This document shows positions 8,152 to 18,331 of a stretch of 59,245 nt of DNA, in pieces. Source of the stretch: Desulfobulbaceae bacterium (GTDB lineage: Bacteria; Desulfobacterota; Desulfobulbia; Desulfobulbales; BM004); contig PKTW01000022.1 of assembly GCA_002868955.1 (NCBI GenBank), forward strand, positions 1-59,245. Reading direction: 5' to 3'. The notes beneath the pieces were generated by a model. That model was not told the origin of the DNA. It worked only from the letters and a program-made list of their open reading frames with translations, and made no database searches. Both the position numbers and the translations under genes were made by a program. Numbering within the stretch: the stretch's first letter is position 1; every line of letters starts with the position of its first letter.

Positions 8152-9730
8152 CCTTCATGAGTTTGTAGGTAATGGAATCAACCAGTGCCTGCCAGCTTGC
8201 CTCAAGAATGTCATAGGAAACCCCTACGGTGCCCCATTCTGATTCCTGGTCGCGAGACTGGATAAGGACGCGCACCTTGGCTCCCGTGCCATGCTCGCCG
8301 GCAAGAACCCTGACCTTATAGTCGGCCAGTTCCATGTCCTTGAGCTTCGGGTAGAAGCGAGTCAAGGCCTTGCGCAAGGCCTTATCCAGTGCATTGACAG
8401 GTCCTTCGCCAAGCGCGGCTGTGTGCACCTCTCCTTCATTTCCCACAACAATGCGGATGGTTGCTTCATCCTGGGATGGTTCATCCATGCTGCTCTTCTG
8501 GCTGATAACCCTGAATCCTTTTAGGTCAAAGTAATGGCGCTTGGTACCCAATGCCTTGCGCATCAGAAGTTCAAAAGAGGCCTCGGCGCCTTCATACTGA
8601 AAACCCTGATTTTCCAGTGCCTTAAGTTCCTGGACAATACTGCTGACCACGGGATCCTTGCTGTCGAGGTTGAGGCCGAATTTCTTGGCTTTGAACAGGA
8701 CGTTGCTCTTGCCCGACTGGTCTGATATAAGGATGCGCCTGACATTTCCCACCTTTTCAGGTTCAATGTGTTCATAAGTCATGGGATTACGTTCGACTGC
8801 CTGGACATGCACCCCGCCTTTATGAGCAAACGCTGACCTGCCTACATAGGGTTGGTATTTATTATGTGGCAGGTTGGCGAGCTCATTGACGAACCGGGCC
8901 GTCTCGTAAAGGTGCTCAAGTTTTTTGCCTGCATTTACCTGGCATTTCATCTTGAGAACAAGGCCCGGGATGATTGAGGTGAGGTTGGCATTGCCGCACC
9001 GCTCACCAAAGCCGTTCATGGTCCCCTGAACATGAGTTATGCCCATTGAAACTGCAACGAGTGAATTGCCCACGGCTGTTTCAGAGTCATTGTGGGCATG
9101 TACTCCCAAAGGTATGCTCGACCCATTGCCGGCAAGGTGCTTTTTGACTGCTTCGATAATCGGCGGGATTTCGTTGGGCAGTGTACCACCATTGGTATCG
9201 CAGAGAATCAGACATTCCGCGCCTCCATGCACAGCTTTATCAAGAGTGGCCAGGGCATATTCCCTATTCTGTTTGAAGCCGTCAAAAAAATGCTCAGCAT
9301 CGTAAAAGAGGTGCTCGACATGGGGCTTGAGGAATTGCAGGGACTCAACAATGATGGTGAGATTGTCTTCAAGCGAGATTCGCAGGGCGTCCCTGACATG
9401 CACGTCCCAGGTTTTACCGAAAATAGTGATACCCGGTGTTTTTGCAGCAATCAGGGCCTGCAGGTTCGGGTCCTGGTCAACAGGCTTGTTAAAATTCCTG
9501 GTGGAGCCGAAAGCGGTAAGCTTTGCATGTTTGAGCCTTTGATCATGCATGGCCTTGAAGAATTCAATTGCACTGGGATTGGAGCCGGGCCAACCCCCTT
9601 CAATGAAATCGATACCAAGATCGTCAAGCTTCAGGCAGATGCGAATCCTGTCTTCAACAGAGAGGTTGAAGTTTTCAGCCTGGGTGCCGTCGCGCAATGT
9701 CGTGTCGTATATGTCTACTGTGTGACTCAT
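8132..9730 (-). CDS. cimA: citramalate synthase / 2-isopropylmalate-synthase family
   Basis: 532 aa with an HMGL-like N-terminus (IYDTTLRDGTQ, HAHND) and a LeuA-dimer C-terminal domain. Length and N-terminus fit the CimA type. Confidence 0.85.
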   Translation of the reverse strand: MSHTVDIYDTTLRDGTQAENFNLSVEDRIRICLKLDDLGIDFIEGGWPGSNPSAIEFFKAMHDQRLKHAKLTAFGSTRNFNKPVDQDPNLQALIAAKTPGITIFGKTWDVHVRDALRISLEDNLTIIVESLQFLKPHVEHLFYDAEHFFDGFKQNREYALATLDKAVHGGAECLILCDTNGGTLPNEIPPIIEAVKKHLAGNGSSIPLGVHAHNDSETAVGNSLVAVSMGITHVQGTMNGFGERCGNANLTSIIPGLVLKMKCQVNAGKKLEHLYETARFVNELANLPHNKYQPYVGRSAFAHKGGVHVQAVERNPMTYEHIEPEKVGNVRRILISDQSGKSNVLFKAKKFGLNLDSKDPVVSSIVQELKALENQGFQYEGAEASFELLMRKALGTKRHYFDLKGFRVISQKSSMDEPSQDEATIRIVVGNEGEVHTAALGEGPVNALDKALRKALTRFYPKLKDMELADYKVRVLAGEHGTGAKVRVLIQSRDQESEWGTVGVSYDILEASWQALVDSITYKLMKDEQKQK

Positions 9731-9862
9731 GTTATATTTATGTGTAAAGTTAAATTTTATTAAATCGTAAAAAATCTCAGTGTGCGTACTGGTTTAATAA
9801 TATCAATGAATTATTGCCATTATGCCTGCTCCTGGGGTATCTTTCTGCAAGTCCTGCAGTCT

Positions 9863-11089
9863 TTACTGAATATCTTTCTTTTCAAGGGCAAAGGCATCGT
9901 GCAGCGCCCTGACTGCCAATTCCGTGTATTTTTCCTCAATGACACAAGAGACTTTTATTTCAGATGTGCTGATCATCATAATATTGATGCCCTCATTGGC
10001 CAGTACGTGGAACATCGTGGATGCTATACCTGAATGGTTGCGCATGCCTACACCCACAATGGAAACCTTGGCTATATTGTCGGCACTGCTTACTTCTTCA
10101 GCACCGATGTCTGCGGCAACCTCTTGCAATATCCCCAGTGCTTTTTTGTAATCGGTGCGCGGCACTGTAAAGGTCATATCCGTTAAATCCCCCGCCCTGG
10201 TATTCTGAATGATCATGTCAATCACAATACCGGAATCGGAAATGGGCATGAAGATTTTCGCGGCTATACCCGGTTTATCAGGCACCCTGGAAATAGTAAG
10301 CCGGGCCTCGTTTTTATTGTAGGTAACTCCTGAAACCAACATGGATTCCATTGCTTTATCCTCCTCTATCACCCATGTCCCTTCGGTCTCAACAAAAGTT
10401 GACCGAACATGCAGTGGAACTTTGTAGCGTTTTGCCAAACCGACAGACCTGATATCAAGTACCTTGGCGCCTAAACTGGCTAACTCAAGCATTTCATCAT
10501 AGGAAATGCGCTCGATCTTACGGGCAGCGGGGCAGATATTGGGATCAGTCGTGTAGACCCCTTCGACATCGGTGAATATTTCACATTGGTCAGCCTTTAG
10601 AGCTGCCGCAAGAGCAACTGCAGTTGTATCAGATCCCCCCCGGCCCAAGGTTGTTATGTCGCCGTTCTCATCAACGCCCTGAAAACCTGCAACAATAACA
10701 ATCTTGCCTTGCGCAAGATGGGCTTTTACCTTATCCGTATCAACATTCTTGATTCTGGCTTTGGTATGCATGCTGCTGGTGAGTATCTTTACCTGGTCGC
10801 CGAGAAAGGATATGGCATCATATCCAGCAGCCTTAACAGCCATGGCGAAAAGAGATACGGTCACCTGTTCGCCGCTTGACAGCAGGACATCCATTTCTCG
10901 GGTGTCCGGTTGCTCTTGCACGCTATTTGCAAGAGCAATAAGTCGATCGGTTTCTCCAGACATGGCAGAGAGGACGACAACCATCTCGTGCCCCTGACGG
11001 CTGTAACCGAGAACACGTTCTGCAACGGCCTTGATTTTTTCAGGGTTTCCGACAGATGTGCCACCGTATTTTTGAACTATGAGCGCCAT
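9863..11089 (-). CDS. lysC: aspartate kinase
   Basis: 408 aa beginning MALIVQKYGGTSVG, with two ACT domains at the C-terminus. Confidence 0.93.
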   Translation of the reverse strand: MALIVQKYGGTSVGNPEKIKAVAERVLGYSRQGHEMVVVLSAMSGETDRLIALANSVQEQPDTREMDVLLSSGEQVTVSLFAMAVKAAGYDAISFLGDQVKILTSSMHTKARIKNVDTDKVKAHLAQGKIVIVAGFQGVDENGDITTLGRGGSDTTAVALAAALKADQCEIFTDVEGVYTTDPNICPAARKIERISYDEMLELASLGAKVLDIRSVGLAKRYKVPLHVRSTFVETEGTWVIEEDKAMESMLVSGVTYNKNEARLTISRVPDKPGIAAKIFMPISDSGIVIDMIIQNTRAGDLTDMTFTVPRTDYKKALGILQEVAADIGAEEVSSADNIAKVSIVGVGMRNHSGIASTMFHVLANEGINIMMISTSEIKVSCVIEEKYTELAVRALHDAFALEKKDIQ

Positions 11090-11351
11090 TATTTAATAAT
11101 TGATCCAGATATTAAATTGACAAACCGTAAAACTGCACAATGTAAACTTTATTGCCAAAAAAGCAACAATGTTTGCGTTTCCACCGGCATGTAATATGAG
11201 TCTATTATACTGCCTTTCAAAAACAAACTTGTAATAATATTCAGATTTTGTTACAAAAGTTCAGTATTTTTTAGTTAGTATATTTTACTTGGGTACATTT
11301 TTTTATATTCCTTTTCTTAAAAGATTGATTCAAACTTTACGGACATAAGCT

Positions 11352-12707
11352 GTGGACTCCGGAAAAATACTTACAAGTTTAGCCGTATGTCTGACATTCT
11401 GGATAACAATTGTCCTGTTGCTGCTGTTTAGCAATGGCGATATGGGCAACTTGGCCATAGCTACGCCTATCGCGTCAAATATCGAAAAAGAAGAATCTGC
11501 TGTCAGCAAACTCCCCATCCCGACTTCTCCTTCAACCTCATCAACAGAAACATCCCAGCCCCTTCATACTGAGATCGCTGGTGAAATAAGGCATGGCGAG
11601 AGTTTCAGCCAGGCAATGAAACGTCTTAGCATAGTGGGTTCAGTACGATCCGATATCATTAAAGGGTTTGGGCAAACCCTTGATTTCAAGGTACTGCAGC
11701 CCGGGGACCACTTTACTATTCTATTGGATCAGGACAATTCCATAACCCGGGCAACCTACACCTCGGGTCTCCTGAATACGCATATTCTGGCACGCACAAC
11801 CGATGGGTCCTACATGGCAAGCAGGCAGGCAGTTCCTTTGGAGTACAGAATTGAAAGAATTTCAGGCGTTATTGAGTCGTCGCTCTACAGTGCCTTTGCA
11901 GGCTTGGGAGAAGAACCTAAAATTATCCATGCCTTTGCCGATATTTTTGCCTCCAAGATTGATTTCAATACAGAGACAAGAACCGGGGACCGATTTGAAC
12001 TTCTGGTTGAGAAATATTATAAAGGTGATGTCTTTGCCGGCTATGGTAAAATTCTTGTTGCCCGCTACCAGAAGGGAGATGTCAAATTTGAAGGTTATCA
12101 TTTTGCTTCTGCAAATACCCCTTCAGGTTATTTTGATGAAAATGGCGAGGCGCTGGGAACCTGGTTCATCCGGTCGCCGATCCCCTTTGGCCGTGTAACA
12201 TCACGCTTCACCATGAGACGCAAGCATCCGATTGACGGGGTTGTTCGGCCCCATCTCGGGATTGACCTGGCAGCTCCCTTGGGCACACCGGTCATGGCGA
12301 CTGCGGAGGGTAAAGTTGAGTATATCGGCAGAAAAGGAGGCTTCGGCAAAACAATCATCCTACGGCATAACAACGGATACAAGACATATTACGGACATTT
12401 GAACGGTTATAAGAAAGGGCTCAAAAAACACCGCATCGTCATGCAGAAAGAGATTATCGGTTATGTAGGTTCCACGGGCATATCAACAGGACCCCACCTT
12501 GATTATCGTATCCGGCACAACGGTGTTTTCAGAAATCCATTCGGCATAAAATTCCAGGCAAAAACTGTACTGCAAGACGAAGAATTGGCTCTTTACCGCC
12601 AGGCAAGTGCTCAAACAGCAGAACTTTTCAATACCAATACCAGTGAGAAAATTCTTCAGGTGAAAAATGTAACCCTGTCCGAAGATCATGCGATTTCCCT
12701 CCTGTAA
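11352..12707 (+). CDS. M23 family metallopeptidase (murein endopeptidase-like)
   Basis: 451 aa with a GTG start and an N-terminal TM anchor. M23 motifs are present (HLGIDLAAPLGTPV, GSTGISTGPHLDY). Confidence 0.85.
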   Translation: MDSGKILTSLAVCLTFWITIVLLLLFSNGDMGNLAIATPIASNIEKEESAVSKLPIPTSPSTSSTETSQPLHTEIAGEIRHGESFSQAMKRLSIVGSVRSDIIKGFGQTLDFKVLQPGDHFTILLDQDNSITRATYTSGLLNTHILARTTDGSYMASRQAVPLEYRIERISGVIESSLYSAFAGLGEEPKIIHAFADIFASKIDFNTETRTGDRFELLVEKYYKGDVFAGYGKILVARYQKGDVKFEGYHFASANTPSGYFDENGEALGTWFIRSPIPFGRVTSRFTMRRKHPIDGVVRPHLGIDLAAPLGTPVMATAEGKVEYIGRKGGFGKTIILRHNNGYKTYYGHLNGYKKGLKKHRIVMQKEIIGYVGSTGISTGPHLDYRIRHNGVFRNPFGIKFQAKTVLQDEELALYRQASAQTAELFNTNTSEKILQVKNVTLSEDHAISLL

Positions 12708-12717
12708 CCCACAATAG

Positions 12718-13188
12718 ATGTTCACTATCCCCCCTTTCAATATTGTCCTGGTAGAACCTGAAATTCCTCCGAATACCGGAACTACTGCAAGGTTGTGTGG
12801 TGCCACCGATACTGTACTTCATCTTGTAAAACCGCTGGGGTTCAGCACCGATGACAAACATTTGAAACGGGCAGGACTTGACTACTGGCAATATGTAAAA
12901 ATTGTTTACTGGGAGAACATCGACAATTTCCTATCAGCCCAAGCTGAAAAGAAACTTTATTTTTTCACCAAGAAAACCGGTAAACCATATACCAGCGCCG
13001 AATTTGAACCAGGAGATTTCCTTATTTTCGGCAAGGAGACGAAAGGCTTGCCAGAAGAGGTCATAAGGCTGTATATAGACCGCTGTTACACAATACCAAT
13101 GAGCAACAGGAAAATAAGAAGCCTTAATCTTGCCAACGCCGCCGGCATCGTCCTTTACGAGGCCCTGCGCCAGCAGTCATTGTGGTAG
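12718..13188 (+). CDS. trmL: tRNA (cytidine/uridine-2'-O)-methyltransferase TrmL (SpoU/SPOUT)
   Basis: 156 aa. NIVLVEPEIPPNTG...KRAGLDYW...FGKETKGLP...SLNLANA is collinear with E. coli TrmL/YibK. Confidence 0.85.
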   Translation: MFTIPPFNIVLVEPEIPPNTGTTARLCGATDTVLHLVKPLGFSTDDKHLKRAGLDYWQYVKIVYWENIDNFLSAQAEKKLYFFTKKTGKPYTSAEFEPGDFLIFGKETKGLPEEVIRLYIDRCYTIPMSNRKIRSLNLANAAGIVLYEALRQQSLW

Positions 13189-13282
13189 GCTTTAATGCTG
13201 ACCAGGTAAGGATGTCCCCTACTGCTCACAAAAAAATAAACACCTGTTTATCAAATAAACTAGATTTTGGAGGAACTCTCTC

Positions 13283-14365
13283 ATGACTGACCGCATCTAT
13301 AATTTCAGCCCTGGTCCAGCCACCCTGCCCTATGATATACTTATTCAGGCTGCAAAAGATATAGTCAACTTCAATGACAAGGGCATTGGGCTCATTGAGA
13401 TGAGCCATCGCAGTAAGGAATTCATTCAGGTTTTCGATGAATGTGAAGCACTGCTTCGTGAATTGCTGTCGATCCCGCAGAATTACAAGGTTCTTTTCCT
13501 GCAGGGCGGTGCATCGATGCAGTTTGCCATGGTGCCCATGAATTTGCTCGGTCCTGGGAAAACGGCCTGTTACCTCAATACGGGGACCTGGGCCAAGAAG
13601 GCGATCAAGGAGGCAAAACTTTTTGGCACTGTTGATGTCGCTTTTAGCAGTGAATCTACCAATTTTGACAGGGTCCCAGCTCCCGGTGATTACATGATTC
13701 CAGCCGAGGCTGAATACCTGTACTTTGTTTCCAACAACACTATTTTCGGCACCCAGTTCCAAAGCATGCCTGAGACAGACAAGGTAATGGTTTGTGATAT
13801 GTCCTCTGATATCCTCTCAAGGCGTATTGATGTAAGCCGTTTCGGCCTGATTTTTGCTGGTGCCCAGAAGAACATGGGGCCTGCCGGCTGTACAGTGGTA
13901 ATAATCCGCGAAGATCTTCTTGCCAGGGCTCCGGAAAACATCCCAACCATGCTCCGGTATAAGACACATGCTGACAAGGATTCAATGTTCAACACCCCGC
14001 CATGTTTTGCCATCTATGCCATCGGGCTTGTTTTGAAATGGCTGAAAAATACCGGGGGATTGACAGCCATTGAAAAGATGAACCAGGACAAAGCCGCCCT
14101 CCTCTATCAGGCCATTGATAACAGCAGCTTTTATAAGGGGCATGCACAGAAGGATTCCCGTTCCATGATGAATATAACTTTTAACCTGCCCACACCGGAC
14201 CTTGAAGCAAAATTTGTCCATGAAGCAACAGCGCTCTCGCTTGATGGACTTAAAGGGCATCGCTCTGTAGGAGGCTGCCGTGCTTCCATTTACAACGCCT
14301 TTCCCCGGGAGGGTGTCGAGAAACTTGTGCACTTCATGGAGGAGTTTGCAAAGCACAATGGTTGA
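13283..14365 (+). CDS. serC: phosphoserine aminotransferase
   Basis: 360 aa with N-terminus IYNFSPGPATLP, the motif EMSHRSKEF and the PLP-lysine context GAQKNMGPAG. Confidence 0.93.
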   Translation: MTDRIYNFSPGPATLPYDILIQAAKDIVNFNDKGIGLIEMSHRSKEFIQVFDECEALLRELLSIPQNYKVLFLQGGASMQFAMVPMNLLGPGKTACYLNTGTWAKKAIKEAKLFGTVDVAFSSESTNFDRVPAPGDYMIPAEAEYLYFVSNNTIFGTQFQSMPETDKVMVCDMSSDILSRRIDVSRFGLIFAGAQKNMGPAGCTVVIIREDLLARAPENIPTMLRYKTHADKDSMFNTPPCFAIYAIGLVLKWLKNTGGLTAIEKMNQDKAALLYQAIDNSSFYKGHAQKDSRSMMNITFNLPTPDLEAKFVHEATALSLDGLKGHRSVGGCRASIYNAFPREGVEKLVHFMEEFAKHNG

Positions 14366-14379
14366 TTAGATACATTTAA

Positions 14380-15270
14380 GTGCTTTGCTGTAACAATGTT
14401 GTGAACTATGAAGGAAACATAATCCGCCCTCCCAGTGAGGCCCACTCCATTATCCTGCAGATTACCGTTGGCTGTTCACACAATAAATGCACGTTCTGTG
14501 GGGCATACAAAGGTGTTCGGTTTTACATTAAGGATGCTGCAAGCATAAATGATGATATTGCATTTGCTGCCCGGTATTGTCAAAACCAGAAAAGAGTATT
14601 TCTTGCTGATGGTGATGCCCTGATCATCCCGACTGCCAGACTTGAGGAGATTTTTTCCAGTATCAGGAAAAATCTGCCGTGGGTGAACCGAATAAACCTC
14701 TACGGTAGCACGAAAAATATTCTGCGGAAAACGGTTGGAGAACTTAAAAGACTCAAAGAGCTCGGCCTTGACAGAGTATATATGGGTCTTGAGAGCGGCC
14801 ATGAGCCAACCCTCACAAACATCAAAAAGGGCGTCAACACCGAGCAGATGATACAGGCAGCGGAAATGATTCGTGCAGCAGGGATTTTTCTCTCTGTCAC
14901 AGTCCTGCTTGGTATTGCAGGTCGAGCTCAATCCACCCTCCACGCCAGCAGAACAGGCCGGGTCCTGACAAAAATGAAGCCAAATCAGATAGCGGCCCTG
15001 ACCTTGATGGTTCTGAAAAACACACCATTGTACAATGATATCCGCACAGGTTGTTTCCATCTGCCTGACCAGCGTATGCTCCTTGAAGAACTGAAAATAC
15101 TGGTGAAGTCGATCTCACTTGAGCGGGTACAGTTTCAGGCTAACCATGCCTCAAATTATCTGCCCATCACAGGACGCCTGGCAAAGGACAAAAAAAGGAT
15201 ACTGGAGATTATTGAAGATGGCCTGAACGGCAGGCTCCATCTCAAGGCAGAACACCAGAGAGCTCTTTAA
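14380..15270 (+). CDS. radical SAM protein (Elp3-like cluster spacing CX4CX2C)
   Basis: 296 aa with cluster motif GCSHNKCTFCGAY. A TIM-barrel-like core follows (FLADGDAL, YMGLESG). Confidence 0.8.
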   Translation: MLCCNNVVNYEGNIIRPPSEAHSIILQITVGCSHNKCTFCGAYKGVRFYIKDAASINDDIAFAARYCQNQKRVFLADGDALIIPTARLEEIFSSIRKNLPWVNRINLYGSTKNILRKTVGELKRLKELGLDRVYMGLESGHEPTLTNIKKGVNTEQMIQAAEMIRAAGIFLSVTVLLGIAGRAQSTLHASRTGRVLTKMKPNQIAALTLMVLKNTPLYNDIRTGCFHLPDQRMLLEELKILVKSISLERVQFQANHASNYLPITGRLAKDKKRILEIIEDGLNGRLHLKAEHQRAL

Positions 15271-15276
15271 TCCACA

Positions 15277-16320
15277 ATGAATAAAACGGATCTCACAAAT
15301 TTGTCCCTGTCGCAGCTGACTGAATTTCTTGTAAAACTCGGCTTGCCAAAATACCGCGGAATTCAGGTTTTTGCCTGGCTCTACAGACCGCATGTAACAG
15401 ATTTTTCACAAATGACAGACCTGCCAAAAGACCTGCGTGACACCCTTGCGGACCGGGCAAGTTTTAACTGGCCATACATAGCAGAGATTGAACGTGCTAC
15501 AGACGGGGTGGCCAAATACGGCTTTAAGCTCAAGGACGACAATTATATCGAGGCTGTTCTTATTCCTGAAGAGGACAGGAACACACTCTGTGTCTCAACG
15601 CAGGTTGGTTGTGCCATGGGTTGCGGATTCTGCCTGACCGGTTCCATTGGTTTCAAACGCAACCTGACGCCTGGTGAAATAGTCGGCCAGGTTGTAAGGG
15701 TCAGGGACTGGCTTCTTGATAGGAACGAAGCCACTGCAGGACTGAATAATATTGTCTTTATGGGAATGGGTGAGCCACTGGCAAATTTTGATAACCTTTT
15801 AGTCGCCCTCGATATTCTGGTAGAGCAGCGGGGCCTTGATTTTTCTGAACGCAGGATCACGGTATCAACCTGCGGACTGGTGCCGAAAATTATAGAACTG
15901 GGGCAGAAAACCAAGGTAAACCTGGCGGTATCCCTGCATTCTGTTGATGATTCAATCCGGTCAAAATTAATGCCCATTAATAATAAATACCCGGTTGCTG
16001 AACTGCTTGAGGCCTGCAGAAACTTCCCCATGCCGAAACGCAAACGGATCATGTTCGAATACATACTTATCAAGGGTGTTAATGATTCAGAAGCAGATGC
16101 CCGAAGGCTGGCACAGCAACTTAAGGGCATACCCTGCAAAATAAATTTACTGCCCTATAATGAATCCGAAAGCCTTTCCTACCGGCGTCCTTCAGATGAA
16201 ACGATTGAATATTTCCAACAAACTCTCTGGAATGAAGGATACACTGTACTGATCCGTGCCAGCAGAGGATCTGAGATTTCAGCAGCCTGTGGCCAACTGG
16301 CGGGAAAAATCATTTCTTGA
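15277..16320 (+). CDS. rlmN: 23S rRNA/tRNA adenine-C2 methyltransferase RlmN
   Basis: 347 aa with CVSTQVGCAMGCGFCLTG, MGMGEPL, and the C-terminal catalytic Cys context AACGQL. Confidence 0.93.
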   Translation: MNKTDLTNLSLSQLTEFLVKLGLPKYRGIQVFAWLYRPHVTDFSQMTDLPKDLRDTLADRASFNWPYIAEIERATDGVAKYGFKLKDDNYIEAVLIPEEDRNTLCVSTQVGCAMGCGFCLTGSIGFKRNLTPGEIVGQVVRVRDWLLDRNEATAGLNNIVFMGMGEPLANFDNLLVALDILVEQRGLDFSERRITVSTCGLVPKIIELGQKTKVNLAVSLHSVDDSIRSKLMPINNKYPVAELLEACRNFPMPKRKRIMFEYILIKGVNDSEADARRLAQQLKGIPCKINLLPYNESESLSYRRPSDETIEYFQQTLWNEGYTVLIRASRGSEISAACGQLAGKIIS

Positions 16321-16481
16321 TTGTTGATTGCAAAATATGAAAGATTCGCTTTAAATGGTAATGGTTTTCATAGACCCCAGAAAACAGTTTATGATAAGGT
16401 TATCAGAGTGTAATATTGTTTATGATTATGTTTCTTTCTCTGCAGCCTGTTTGCAAGCCCAAATCAACTCAGGAGAAAATT

Positions 16482-16835
16482 ATGGATTTGCATGAAATTA
16501 AGCGGAATTATTTCAGAATTAGCGTCAAGGGAAGTGATGCCGTCTCCGTTAAGATTAATAATATTCCATACGAAGTAATCGGCCTCAACGACGGCGGCAT
16601 AGGAATACGTTTAAGTTCCGAGGATATTCTTGTGTCTGTGGGTGACGAATTGCCACTTGAACTGACAATTAAAGATATGGTGCAATCACTCCTGGGAAAA
16701 GTCGTGCATATCACTCCATTGGGTCCAAAAGAATTCCTCTGCGGCATGGAATTTTTGAACATGGATAATAAGACCAAGGCAAAAGTGATGGAATTTCTGG
16801 AATTGTGCCGAGAAAATATCTTTAAAGAAGAGTAA
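16482..16835 (+). CDS. PilZ domain protein
   Basis: I chose the ATG at 16482, behind AGGAGA, over the upstream alternative start at 16416. An RxxxR motif is present (RNYFR). A degenerate D/NxSxxG-like motif follows (NDGGIG), then a beta-barrel-like remainder. Confidence 0.65.
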   Translation: MDLHEIKRNYFRISVKGSDAVSVKINNIPYEVIGLNDGGIGIRLSSEDILVSVGDELPLELTIKDMVQSLLGKVVHITPLGPKEFLCGMEFLNMDNKTKAKVMEFLELCRENIFKEE

Positions 16836-16888
16836 CTGGTACTATAATTGCATATAATTATGCGATATTTAATTGATACTGGTGCAAA

Positions 16889-17170
16889 ATGAAGCCTGAT
16901 TTTTTCAATCTATCAAAAAGAAAAAAAAGAGACATTTTCTCCGAATTGCTTTTGGGCAAGCCCTCTGGAGGTATTATTGGCATAAAAGAGCTTAATGCAG
17001 TAAATAGATTGCTTGCAGGTATGCTTGCAGGCAACGCCCGTATTAGAATAAACGGTCAACTGGCAAAGACCAAAAATGTCACTTTTGCCAAAAAAAAGAT
17101 CCCAACAACCCAAAAGAATAAAACCCATTATCTATCGTTCTATAACAACTCAAATATTTGGAGGCTGTAG
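16889..17170 (+). CDS. hypothetical basic protein (doubtful)
   Basis: 93-aa Lys/Asn-rich ORF filling the PilZ-ParA gap. Its TAG stop ends 1 nt before the ParA-like ATG. RBS is weak and no family is recognised. Confidence 0.3.
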   Translation: MKPDFFNLSKRKKRDIFSELLLGKPSGGIIGIKELNAVNRLLAGMLAGNARIRINGQLAKTKNVTFAKKKIPTTQKNKTHYLSFYNNSNIWRL

Positions 17171-17171
17171 A

Positions 17172-18098
17172 ATGCTTGTCATTTGTCCTCATTGCAAAAA
17201 AAAGCATACAATTGACGAAAAAAAGATTCCTCCCAATGCGACAAAGGCTCGCTGTACAAGCTGTGGCCAGTCCTTTGCGCTTAATATAAAAAGACCGGTC
17301 GAAGAAAAGAAGCAGAAGCCCGTCAAGAAAGGTGAAACCGTTACCCGGAAAATTGGCGTTTCCCTGAGTAAGGGAGGTGTCGGCAAGTCCACTACTGCCA
17401 TTAACCTGTCGGCCGGCCTGGCACTTGCAGGATACAAAGTGTTGCTCGTGGATACAGATACCCAGGGGCAGGACAGTTTTATGCTGGGGGTGAAGCCCAA
17501 AGCCGGGCTTACCGAACTCGTAACAGGAGAGCTTTCCCTCAAAGAGTGTTTGACCAAGGCCCGAAGCAACCTGTGGCTGCTTGCCGGCGGCAAGGCCCTT
17601 GCAGGAGTCAAACGCATGATAGACCGCAAGGATTATGGGGGCGAGATGACTGTCAGTGAAGCACTGGAACCCGTTGATAAAATCTTCGATTTCGTTATTG
17701 TCGATACTTCTCCGGGGTGGGACCCTCTCACTGTAAACGTCCTCTTTTATGTCCATGAGCTGATGATACCTGTCGCCCTTGAAATAATGTCTTTACAGGG
17801 TCTCAGCGAATTCCTCCGGTCCATATCCTCCATTCAGAAATATCGGCCTGAACTCGATTTGAAATATATACTGCCGACTTTCGAAGATAAGCGGGTCAAG
17901 AAAACATCAAGGATTTTGAATAAGATTGGCAAGATCTACGGTGAAAGGCTCTGTGTTCCTATTCGTTATAACGTAAGGTTGTCCGAAGCGCCTGCCTACG
18001 GGAAGACCATCTATGAATACGCCCCTGGCTGCAATGGCGCTCAGGATTACAGAGAACTTGTACGTAAGGTGGCCAACGACCCCAAGCTTTTATCATAA
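17172..18098 (+). CDS. ParA/MinD-family ATPase with N-terminal MJ0042-type zinc ribbon
   Basis: ATG at 17172 lies behind GGAGG. The N-terminus is CPHCKKKH...ARCTSCGQSF, and a deviant Walker A (SKGGVGKSTT) follows. No parB or parS is adjacent. Confidence 0.85.
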   Translation: MLVICPHCKKKHTIDEKKIPPNATKARCTSCGQSFALNIKRPVEEKKQKPVKKGETVTRKIGVSLSKGGVGKSTTAINLSAGLALAGYKVLLVDTDTQGQDSFMLGVKPKAGLTELVTGELSLKECLTKARSNLWLLAGGKALAGVKRMIDRKDYGGEMTVSEALEPVDKIFDFVIVDTSPGWDPLTVNVLFYVHELMIPVALEIMSLQGLSEFLRSISSIQKYRPELDLKYILPTFEDKRVKKTSRILNKIGKIYGERLCVPIRYNVRLSEAPAYGKTIYEYAPGCNGAQDYRELVRKVANDPKLLS

Positions 18099-18134
18099 CC
18101 CCCTGCCAATAACCAACCGGTCAGCCTTAAATAG

Positions 18135-18173
18135 AAAGCCGCAAACCCGTTCCCCGGGGTTGCGGCTTTTAAT
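18135..18173 (+). terminator. rho-independent terminator
   Basis: aaagccgcaaaccc / ggggttgcggcttt forms 13 bp with one mismatch around a 7-nt loop, and a T-rich tail follows. It lies 37 nt after the ParA-like stop. Confidence 0.65.
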
Positions 18174-18331
18174 TTGCAGGCGAGATGATTCGCAGCGAAT
18201 ACTTTATAATTGGTAAGCTAACCACACAAACAGGCAAAAAACTACTATCCCAATAATGATAGGTTTAACCGCAATCCAAATTGTATGACGGTATGAATTT
18301 TCACTCCAGAATACACGAAAATTTCAAGCCA

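Noticed and set aside
11090-11351. Possible lysine riboswitch (L-box) in the 262-bp region upstream of lysC.
   Set aside because: The region is AT-rich with no GC-rich helices or conserved L-box core segments visible on the lysC strand. It more likely holds divergent promoters for lysC and the M23 peptidase gene.
16321-16481. Possible c-di-GMP riboswitch upstream of the PilZ gene.
   Set aside because: No GEMM-like conserved helices or tetraloop-receptor motifs could be traced. Only a plain RBS (AGGAGA) is evident.
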